Shown here: piece after piece, positions 8,496-15,897 of the stretch
How the letters are laid out: the number at the start of each line of letters is the position of its first letter
How positions within the stretch are numbered: position 1 is the first letter of the stretch
Assembly: GCA_937958795.1 (NCBI GenBank)
Contig: CALGNA010000002.1
Coordinates: 1 to 32,666, forward strand
Origin: an uncultured Bdellovibrionales bacterium
Lineage (GTDB): Bacteria; Bdellovibrionota; Bdellovibrionia; Bdellovibrionales; UBA1609
Direction: 5' to 3'
DNA: 32,666 nucleotides
Notes under the pieces: model-generated
Seen by the model: the letters and a program-made list of their open reading frames with translations, nothing else
What the model was told of the DNA's origin: nothing
Database searches by the model: none
Translations under genes and position numbers: made by a program

Positions 8496-10373
8496 ATGAT
8501 TGAAAAACTTAAGCCAGAAGTTATAAATAAAATTGCAGCAGGAGAGGTTGTTGAAAGACCTGCTCATCTCATAAAAGAGCTTGTTGAAAACAGTATTGAT
8601 GCTGGAGCAACAGAAGTATTTATTTCGGTTGATAAAGAACTTACATCCCTTAAAATAGAAGATAATGGTCATGGGATGTCTGTAGGAGATCTAAATATTT
8701 GTTTAGAGCCTCATTCAACAAGTAAATTAAAAGAATTTAAAGATGTTTGGAACTTAAGTAGTTTTGGGTTTAGAGGGGAGGCTTTGTCTAGTATAGGAAG
8801 TGTTTGTAATTTAACAATAACCAGTTGTGAAAAAGACTCTTCCCAAGCTTACTGTCTTAAGTCCGAATATGGTCTAACATCCAAGCCTCAAAAAGCCTCA
8901 AGACGTGAGGGAACGACAATTTTAGTCGAAAAATTATTTGAAAATACACCAGCAAGGAAGAAGTTTTTAAAAACATCACAAACTGAACGTCAAAAATTAG
9001 TCAGTGTTTTGGAAAAGATGGCTATCAGTCATCCTGAGGTAGAATTTAAGTATAGTGTAGATGCTAAGTTAGTAAAATACTGGCCTCAATCTGATATTAA
9101 AAAGAGAATTGAAAATGTATTAGGTTTAAGGGACTTATACGAGGTTTCTGATGAGGTTGAGGGTTATAGTATAAAAGCTTATTTATGTCCTCCTCATAAA
9201 ACTGCTAAAAGAAAAAATAAGTTATTAACGTACGTACAGAACAGGTGGGTTGAGAACAGCACTCTTTATGGTGCTTTGTATGAAAGTTACAGAAGTCTGT
9301 TGATGCATGGAGAGCATCCACAGGGGGTTTTATTTGTCGATGCTGAGCCCCATTTTGTTGATGTAAATGTTCATCCACAAAAATCTCAAGTTAGATTTAC
9401 CCATGAATCAGTCTTATTTAAGTTAATTAAACGAACAATTAAGGAGTTGTGGATAACAGCGCCCTGGATTCCTGAAGCCGATGTTTCTTCTGACAGAGCA
9501 GAGTATACAAAACCTCAGGCGTCACAAAGATTTTTAGAGTTAAAAAATCAGATACAGCATTTAGGTGAGTCTAGTAGTCAGTTATCTGGAGAGCAAAAAA
9601 GTTCTTTTGGTCGCTTAAGTGACGGTATAACAGAAGAGGTCAGAAAAGACTTCGGCAGTAAGGAAACACAATCTCATTTGTTTCAAAAGACAGAAGCTCT
9701 TCAATTTAAAAAATTAAATGAAATGTATGCTTCCGGAGGAGCTGCAAAATCTGATTTAAAGCAAGAGGGCTTAGAAAAAACTCCGAGCAGTAAGTGGGCT
9801 CAGCTTTATGTTCTTGGGCAATTACACAATACCTATCTTATTTGTCAGTCTAAGGAGTCCATGGTTTTGGTTGACCAACATGCTGCCCAAGAGCGTGTGT
9901 TGTTTGAAAAGCTATGGAAGCAGTGGCGTGCGGGCCAATTTAGCATCCAGAAGCTTTTGATTCCTATAAGTTTAAATTTTTCTGAGAGTGATACTCTTGT
10001 TCTTGTTGAATCATCAGATGTTATTCAGTCGATGGGCATAGAGATAGAGCAGGTAGGACCTAATTCTTTACAAATTTTAAGTTTACCTTCGGTTATAAAG
10101 GATGCAGCAGTCGAACCTCTTTTGATTCAGTTTGTTCAACAGAAAAAAGAGCAAAGTGTTTCCTTTAAGCTAGAGCAACATTTAGATGATTTGTTTGCGA
10201 GTATGGCTTGTCATAGTTCTGTTCGTGCTGGACAAACACTGTCTCTTCAGCAAATGAAAGACCTTCTTGCTCAGATGGATGAAGATAAAAGTTCATTTTG
10301 TCCCCATGGTAGACCTGTTTTTGTTGAGTATGAGCTTTCGTCTATAGAAAAAAGTTTTGGGAGAATTGTTTGA
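8496..10373 (+). CDS. mutL: DNA mismatch repair protein MutL (endonuclease-type)
   Basis: GHKL ATPase motifs (IAAGEVVERP, ENSIDAGA, DNGHGM). The C-terminal domain carries DQHAAQERVLFE, matching DQHA(X)2E(X)4E, plus CPHGRP. I prefer the ATG at 8496 (MIEKLKPEV) over the TTG at 8481, which overlaps mvk. Confidence 0.95.
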   Translation: MIEKLKPEVINKIAAGEVVERPAHLIKELVENSIDAGATEVFISVDKELTSLKIEDNGHGMSVGDLNICLEPHSTSKLKEFKDVWNLSSFGFRGEALSSIGSVCNLTITSCEKDSSQAYCLKSEYGLTSKPQKASRREGTTILVEKLFENTPARKKFLKTSQTERQKLVSVLEKMAISHPEVEFKYSVDAKLVKYWPQSDIKKRIENVLGLRDLYEVSDEVEGYSIKAYLCPPHKTAKRKNKLLTYVQNRWVENSTLYGALYESYRSLLMHGEHPQGVLFVDAEPHFVDVNVHPQKSQVRFTHESVLFKLIKRTIKELWITAPWIPEADVSSDRAEYTKPQASQRFLELKNQIQHLGESSSQLSGEQKSSFGRLSDGITEEVRKDFGSKETQSHLFQKTEALQFKKLNEMYASGGAAKSDLKQEGLEKTPSSKWAQLYVLGQLHNTYLICQSKESMVLVDQHAAQERVLFEKLWKQWRAGQFSIQKLLIPISLNFSESDTLVLVESSDVIQSMGIEIEQVGPNSLQILSLPSVIKDAAVEPLLIQFVQQKKEQSVSFKLEQHLDDLFASMACHSSVRAGQTLSLQQMKDLLAQMDEDKSSFCPHGRPVFVEYELSSIEKSFGRIV

Positions 10374-11305
10374 AGGCTTCTCTTTGGGATAAGGACTTTA
10401 ATTGTTCAATTGTGGGTTCCACAGGAACGGGAAAAAGCTCTTTAGCTTTGAGTCTCTCTCGTGAGTATTCTGTTGATGTTTGGAATATGGACAGTGTTCA
10501 GGTTTTTAAAGAGCTCAATATCGGCTCAGCTAAGCCAACTCAAGAAGAACTCTCGGTGTGTCCACATTATTTATATGGATATATGAATGTAATTGAAGAG
10601 AATACGGTTGGATTGCACCTTAAAGCATTAGAGAATTTAAAGTTAGAATTCATGCCACAGGGTTCTTCATTTAATCTATTTGTAGGTGGGAGCGGTTTTT
10701 ATCAGAGGGCTTTTGAGCGTGGTTTGTCTGATGTGCCAAAAAGCGACCCTTTAGTGATTGAGGGTTTAGAGAAGTTAAAAGATGAAAAAGGCTTAGATTT
10801 TCTTTATAGTGAATTAGATAAACTAGATCATGATGCGGCAGTAAAAATTTACCCTCAAGATGCATATAGAATAATAAGAGCTTTGGCAGTTATAAAACAA
10901 ACTGGGAAGAAGTGGTCAATTCTAAATAAAAAGAGGCCTGTTGAAATTAATCTTTGTAAGGTCGGTTTACATTGTTCTAGGGATCATTTAGCTGAAAGGT
11001 TATCAAGACGTTTAGATCAAATGATAGATCGAGGTCTTATAGACGAGGTTTTTGATTTGAAAGATTATTGGCATACAAAGCCTTTGCAGTCTGTTGGCTA
11101 TAAAGAGACGGTTGCTTTTTTAAAGAGTAATATTGCTTCGATGGATATTCTGAAATATGAGATTTTAAAAAACACTTTATATTTAGCTAAAAGACAAAAA
11201 ACTTGGTTGAAAAGAGAAGAAAATATTGAATGGTTTGATATAGAGAATAAAAGTGCTATGAATCAAGCTCTGAGCTATATAAAATCTAGTCATTCTAAGT
11301 TTTAG
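10370..11305 (+). CDS. miaA: tRNA dimethylallyltransferase
   Basis: P-loop GSTGTGKSSLA, MDSVQVFKELNIGSAKPT and GGSGFY blocks typical of MiaA, with the conserved mutL-miaA adjacency. TTG start overlaps the mutL stop (TTGA). Confidence 0.9.
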   Translation: MKASLWDKDFNCSIVGSTGTGKSSLALSLSREYSVDVWNMDSVQVFKELNIGSAKPTQEELSVCPHYLYGYMNVIEENTVGLHLKALENLKLEFMPQGSSFNLFVGGSGFYQRAFERGLSDVPKSDPLVIEGLEKLKDEKGLDFLYSELDKLDHDAAVKIYPQDAYRIIRALAVIKQTGKKWSILNKKRPVEINLCKVGLHCSRDHLAERLSRRLDQMIDRGLIDEVFDLKDYWHTKPLQSVGYKETVAFLKSNIASMDILKYEILKNTLYLAKRQKTWLKREENIEWFDIENKSAMNQALSYIKSSHSKF

Positions 11306-11338
11306 AATAACTAATTGAACAAAGAAAAGGACTATTGA

Positions 11339-12223
11339 ATGAAAAGTATGACAGCTTTCATTGAAAATATAGATGCAAATCTAGGTTATGGAGTTCGAGT
11401 TAAGACTTTAAATGGAAGGTATTTAGATATAAAAAATCTATATTTACCCACTGAGCTTCAGTTTTTAGAAAAAGACTTAAGAAATTTAGTTAAGTCTAAT
11501 TTTAGAAGAGGAACTGTTGATGTTTCATTTTTCAGATCTGGTTCAAAGGAAGATGTTATTTTTTCTGGAGATAATCTTAAAAAATTTAAAAAGTCCTATG
11601 TACAAATTCAGAGTTTTTCAAAGGGAGTTGGGGTTGAGCCTCCACGAAATCTAAATCAATTTATTCAGCTAAGATCTCAATTAGGTTTAGATAAAGAAAA
11701 AAACTCTATTTCAAGTGAACAAAAGACGGCTATGTTGAGATGGTTTGAGCAGTCTCTTGTTAAGGTTCAAGAAGAAAGGATTCGAGAGGGTAAAAGCCTT
11801 AAAAAACATTTAATGTCTTTGATTAAAGGTATTCAGGATCACTTAAGGGACTTGGTGAAAGAAAAAGAAAATTTATTAAAGTATAAAAAAGACAAGCTAA
11901 CTAAAAAGTTAAAAAGTTTAAAGTTAGATCAGGGGTCATTAAAGGATTCTGGCCGTTATGAACAAGAAGTCACCATATTGGTGGAAAAATCAGATATCAC
12001 AGAAGAAATTATAAGACTTAAGGAGCACCTTAAGCACTTTAAGACTTTGGCGCAGAAAAAAGAGAATGTAGAAGGTGCAAAGCTATACTTTTATACACAA
12101 GAGCTCTTAAGAGAGGTTAATACTATGGGATCTAAGCTCCAGGGGTCTGAATTTACTTTACTTGTCGTGAATATGAAGTCTTTGATAGAACAAATAAGAG
12201 AACAGGTTCAAAACGTGGAGTAA
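11339..12223 (+). CDS. yicC: YicC/YloC-family stress-induced protein
   Basis: MKSMTAF N-terminus, long coiled-coil middle and C-terminal EVNTMGSK motif. Conserved position directly upstream of gmk. Confidence 0.8.
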   Translation: MKSMTAFIENIDANLGYGVRVKTLNGRYLDIKNLYLPTELQFLEKDLRNLVKSNFRRGTVDVSFFRSGSKEDVIFSGDNLKKFKKSYVQIQSFSKGVGVEPPRNLNQFIQLRSQLGLDKEKNSISSEQKTAMLRWFEQSLVKVQEERIREGKSLKKHLMSLIKGIQDHLRDLVKEKENLLKYKKDKLTKKLKSLKLDQGSLKDSGRYEQEVTILVEKSDITEEIIRLKEHLKHFKTLAQKKENVEGAKLYFYTQELLREVNTMGSKLQGSEFTLLVVNMKSLIEQIREQVQNVE

Positions 12224-12822
12224 TGTCTGTTATGTCTAATACTCAAAATAAGAGGCCAAGAGGCCCACTCATTGTTATAGCTGCGCCAAGTGGTGCAGGG
12301 AAGTCTACTTTTCTTGATAAAATTTTATCAGAGTCAGATAAACTGGTAGACCTTGTGACCTATACCACTCGAGAGATGAGAGTTGGTGAGTCTGAGGGTC
12401 ATCCTTATCACTTTGTTAATCAGGAGAGGTTTTTCGAGCTTGAGAAAAAAGGCTTTTTTGTTGAGTGGGCTAAAGTTCATACCCGTTTTTATGGAACTCC
12501 CTGGGACCAGCTGATTGAAATTTGGGATGCTGGGAAAGTTCCTATCATGGATGTGGATGTCCAGGGAGCTGAGAAGTTCAGGGAGTATTTTGGAAATACA
12601 GGCTTATTTGTCTTTATTTTACCACCAAGTATGGAAGAATTGAAAAAAAGACTTATTTTAAGACATGGCGGTGAGCCCGAGGATCTCAGTGTTAGGCTAG
12701 AGAGCGCTGAGAAAGAGATGAGAAGAAAGGGTGAGTTTGAGGTTCATGTAGTAAACGATGATTTTGACCTTGCGTATGCAGAGTTTAAAAAAGAGGTTGA
12801 AGCTTACCTAAAGCGAAGCTAA
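12223..12822 (+). CDS. gmk: guanylate kinase
   Basis: APSGAGKST P-loop and TTREMRVGESEGHPYHFV, the typical Gmk TTR..R.GE..G..Y.F block. TAATG overlap with yicC. Confidence 0.95.
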   Translation: MSVMSNTQNKRPRGPLIVIAAPSGAGKSTFLDKILSESDKLVDLVTYTTREMRVGESEGHPYHFVNQERFFELEKKGFFVEWAKVHTRFYGTPWDQLIEIWDAGKVPIMDVDVQGAEKFREYFGNTGLFVFILPPSMEELKKRLILRHGGEPEDLSVRLESAEKEMRRKGEFEVHVVNDDFDLAYAEFKKEVEAYLKRS

Positions 12823-12861
12823 GTATATAGTGTATACGTATAACGTTTGGAGGGTCTAAAT

Positions 12862-13104
12862 ATGGCTCGCGTAACAGTAGAAGATTGTTTAGATAAAGTT
12901 CATAATAGGTTTTCCCTAGTTTTGCTTGTTGCTAAAAGAGGCAAACAGCTACTTAGAGGTGCAACGCCTACGGTTAGCCGTAAAAATAATAAATATGTGG
13001 TTTCTGCCTTAAGGGAAGTTGCAGCAGGAAAGGTCCAGTTTGATTCTTCATTATGGGAAAAGTCTGCTGAAAGACAAGTAGAGGAAGAGCTTCTTTCTAG
13101 GTAA
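12862..13104 (+). CDS. rpoZ: DNA-directed RNA polymerase subunit omega
   Basis: [30 protein letters not shown] is the canonical omega N-terminus. GGAGGG lies 7 nt upstream of the ATG at 12862, so the TTG at 12847 is probably not the start. Confidence 0.9.
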   Translation: MARVTVEDCLDKVHNRFSLVLLVAKRGKQLLRGATPTVSRKNNKYVVSALREVAAGKVQFDSSLWEKSAERQVEEELLSR

Positions 13105-13125
13105 GCTAAGTAGGGAGGCTAAGTA
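13105..13125 (+). repeat. tandem GCTAAGTA motif immediately after the rpoZ stop codon
   Basis: GCTAAGTA at 13105-13112 and 13118-13125. Exact copies also lie at the gmk stop (12818-12825) and after the pmk stop (4962-4969). Confidence 0.4.
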
Positions 13126-13160
13126 TTAGGGGCTGAAGTCCTAAATACTTTAGTTTTATT
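13121..13160 (+). terminator. possible intrinsic terminator/attenuator hairpin between rpoZ and rel
   Basis: AAGTATTAGG (13121-13130) pairs with CCTAAATACTT (13140-13150): 10 bp with one bulged A and a loop of about 9 nt. It is followed by the T-rich TAGTTTTATT. The stem is AT-rich, so strength is uncertain. Confidence 0.35.
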
Positions 13161-13184
13161 AGTAACTTGTCGAAATAATACTAG

Positions 13185-15419
13185 TTGGAAAAATCAGTAA
13201 AAAACCCTTCTTTAGAAAACTCACCAGATATGTCTAATCAGACAATTGAAGGTCTGTGCGAGAAGGTTTTGGCATATTATCCAGAAGCTGATGTGGCTCT
13301 TATCAAAGAAGCCTATGAATATGCAAAAGAAGCTCATGAAGGTCAGTTTAGAAAAAGTGGTGAGCCTTATATCACTCATCCGCTAGGTGTTAGTTATATT
13401 TTAGCTGATCTTAAATTAGATATTGAGAGCATCTTAACGGGTCTTTTACATGACACTGTTGAAGATACGGAAGTTACATCAGCAGATATTAATCAAAAAT
13501 TTGGCAATGAAGTCGAGCACCTTGTAGATGGTGTAACTAAAATTACCCAGATGAGTTTTAAGCATACCCACGAAAAGCAGGGCGAGAACATCAGAAAGAT
13601 GATTGTTGCTATGGGTAAAGACGTTAGGGTTGTTTTAGTTAAATTAGCCGATCGTTTACACAATATGAGAACTATGACTCATATGAAGTTTGAAAAACAG
13701 GAAAAAAAATCTAGAGAAACTTTAGATATCTATGCTCCATTAGCTTCTAGATTGGGGATTAACTGGTTAAAAATTGAATTAGAAGATTTAAGTTTTAGGT
13801 ATGCAAAGCCGGATGTATATTATGCTTTGGCCGAAAAAGTACAAAGAAAAAGAAGCGAACGTGATCAGTATATTTTAGATGTTATTGGCGTATTAGAAAA
13901 AGAGATTAAGTTAAGAACACAGGTTGATCCGTCTATTCATGGAAGGTCTAAACATCTTTATTCTATTTGTAAAAAAATGGAAGCAAGGGATTTAGACTAT
14001 GATCAAATATATGATGTTTTAGCCTTTAGAGTCTTAGTGGATAATATATCTCAGTGTTATGAGGTGTTGGGTTTAGTACATTCATTGTGGAAGCCCATAC
14101 CTGGAAGGTTTAAAGATTTTATTGCTATGCCAAAAGCTAATAACTATAGAAGTTTACATACGACAGTTATTGGGCCAGGTGGTGATAGAATTGAGATTCA
14201 AATTAGAACAAAAGAAATGCATTTAATTGCTGAGCAGGGGATTGCAGCACATTGGAAGTATAAAGAGGTAGGTCGAGGTCATCAAATAGATCCAGCTGCA
14301 ATGGGGCAGTTTTCTTGGTTGCGAGATATGGTGGCCATTCATCAACAAACATCAAGTTCTGATGAGTTTTTAGAAAATGTCAAAACAGAGCTCTTTGATT
14401 CAGAAATTTATGTGTTTACACCAAAGGGTGATGTCATTGAGTTTCCTGATGGTGCAACAGCAATCGATTTTGCTTATTCTGTTCACACAGAAGTGGGCAA
14501 CAAATGTACGGGTGCTAAGTTTAATGGGAAAATTGTTCCGTTAAGAGAAGAGATGAAAAATGGTGATTCAGTAGAGATCATAACCTCAAATCACCAAACA
14601 CCGTCTAAGGATTGGTTAAAGTTTTGTGTGACTTCTCGGGCTAAGTCTAAGATTAGAAACTATGTCAGGCAGGAAGAACGTAAACGTGCTTATGAAATTG
14701 GTAAAGGCTACACTGAAAAAGCCTTTAGAAAGTTTGGAAAAGCCACATCAAAATATTTGAAAGGCCCAATTTTTGAGGGCTACTTGCAGGAAAACTCATG
14801 TAAAAATCTAGAAGAGTATTATATTCTTGTTGGTTATGGGAAGATAAACCCGAAAAATACGCTTGAATTTTTATCTCCAGATGTGTTGGCTAAAGAGAAA
14901 AAGGAAATTGTTCAGACTGATAATTACTTTAAAAAAGCTCTCCAGGGAGCTTTTAATAAGAGCAAAAAATCATCATCACTTATTCAAGTGGACGGTATGG
15001 ATGATATTCTCGTTCATTTTGCAAAGTGTTGTATGCCAATCCCTGGGGATTCCATTTCAGGACTTGTAACAAGAGGCCGTGGTATTGTAGTTCATAGGGC
15101 TGATTGTGAAAAACTTTTCTCTACAGATCAAGACAGGCGCGTGGATGTTACTTGGAGTGTAAACCAGAATTTAGTGGATAGAATCGTTCGTATTAGAATT
15201 TTGAGTTTAGATACTCCAGGTCTATTAGTTTCTATGAGTGAGATCTTTACTTCCAAGGGTGCAAATATTTACAATGCACAAATTCGTACCAACAGAGACA
15301 ATAAAGCCATTTGTACTTTTGATGTTTCAGTTAAAAATACAAGTCAGCTGAGTGATATCTTAAAAGAGCTACAAAAAATTAAAGATGTTCTTAATGTTTC
15401 GCGGATTACTCAAGTTTAA
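13185..15419 (+). CDS. spoT: bifunctional (p)ppGpp synthetase/hydrolase, RelA/SpoT family
   Basis: HD hydrolase motifs (HPLGVSYILADL, LLHDTVEDT), synthetase block (YRSLHTTV, EIQIRTKEMH), TGS (IYVFTPKGDVIEFPDGATAIDFAY) and a C-terminal ACT-like region. Conserved gmk-rpoZ-spoT order. Start is either the TTG at 13185 or the ATG at 13230. Confidence 0.95.
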   Translation: MEKSVKNPSLENSPDMSNQTIEGLCEKVLAYYPEADVALIKEAYEYAKEAHEGQFRKSGEPYITHPLGVSYILADLKLDIESILTGLLHDTVEDTEVTSADINQKFGNEVEHLVDGVTKITQMSFKHTHEKQGENIRKMIVAMGKDVRVVLVKLADRLHNMRTMTHMKFEKQEKKSRETLDIYAPLASRLGINWLKIELEDLSFRYAKPDVYYALAEKVQRKRSERDQYILDVIGVLEKEIKLRTQVDPSIHGRSKHLYSICKKMEARDLDYDQIYDVLAFRVLVDNISQCYEVLGLVHSLWKPIPGRFKDFIAMPKANNYRSLHTTVIGPGGDRIEIQIRTKEMHLIAEQGIAAHWKYKEVGRGHQIDPAAMGQFSWLRDMVAIHQQTSSSDEFLENVKTELFDSEIYVFTPKGDVIEFPDGATAIDFAYSVHTEVGNKCTGAKFNGKIVPLREEMKNGDSVEIITSNHQTPSKDWLKFCVTSRAKSKIRNYVRQEERKRAYEIGKGYTEKAFRKFGKATSKYLKGPIFEGYLQENSCKNLEEYYILVGYGKINPKNTLEFLSPDVLAKEKKEIVQTDNYFKKALQGAFNKSKKSSSLIQVDGMDDILVHFAKCCMPIPGDSISGLVTRGRGIVVHRADCEKLFSTDQDRRVDVTWSVNQNLVDRIVRIRILSLDTPGLLVSMSEIFTSKGANIYNAQIRTNRDNKAICTFDVSVKNTSQLSDILKELQKIKDVLNVSRITQV

Positions 15420-15493
15420 ACAAGAGACGCTAAGCATTTGGATTGATATTTAAGCTACTGTTCTATAGCTTCAAGCACAATAGAGGAGTTGGG

Positions 15494-15853
15494 ATGAAAG
15501 TATCGGTGCTTGTGGTTCTGTTATTGTCTGTTTTTATTTTTGGTTGCACTAAAAAGAGTAAGCCAAAAGCAGTAGCTGCATTTACTGAGGTTACAAACCC
15601 TAGTGATCCTTGCCAGGATATAGTAAAGGCTTTTCTTAAAAATATGGCAGTAGCTGGTCAGATTGGAGATCCTTCATTTTCCGATGCTTTTTTTACTGAA
15701 ACTCAAAAAGATATCTTCGATGTAACTCTGACAGGTTTTGAAGGAGAGATTTTAACTAATTTTTCTTATTTAGTTAAAATTAGTCGAAATGAAGAAACTA
15801 AAGACTGCAAGGTTGTTTCCTCTGAACTAAAGGGAAAAACTGAGCATCAGTAG
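15494..15853 (+). CDS. small lipoprotein of unknown function
   Basis: The internal ATG at 15494 is preceded by GAGGAG and gives MKVSVLVVLLLSVFIFGC with lipobox FGC. The TTG at 15443 in the ORF track adds an implausible N-terminal extension. Confidence 0.6.
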   Translation: MKVSVLVVLLLSVFIFGCTKKSKPKAVAAFTEVTNPSDPCQDIVKAFLKNMAVAGQIGDPSFSDAFFTETQKDIFDVTLTGFEGEILTNFSYLVKISRNEETKDCKVVSSELKGKTEHQ

Positions 15854-15897
15854 TTTTAAGTTAGTAATATAAATTTTGCTGTATTTATGAGAGGTCC

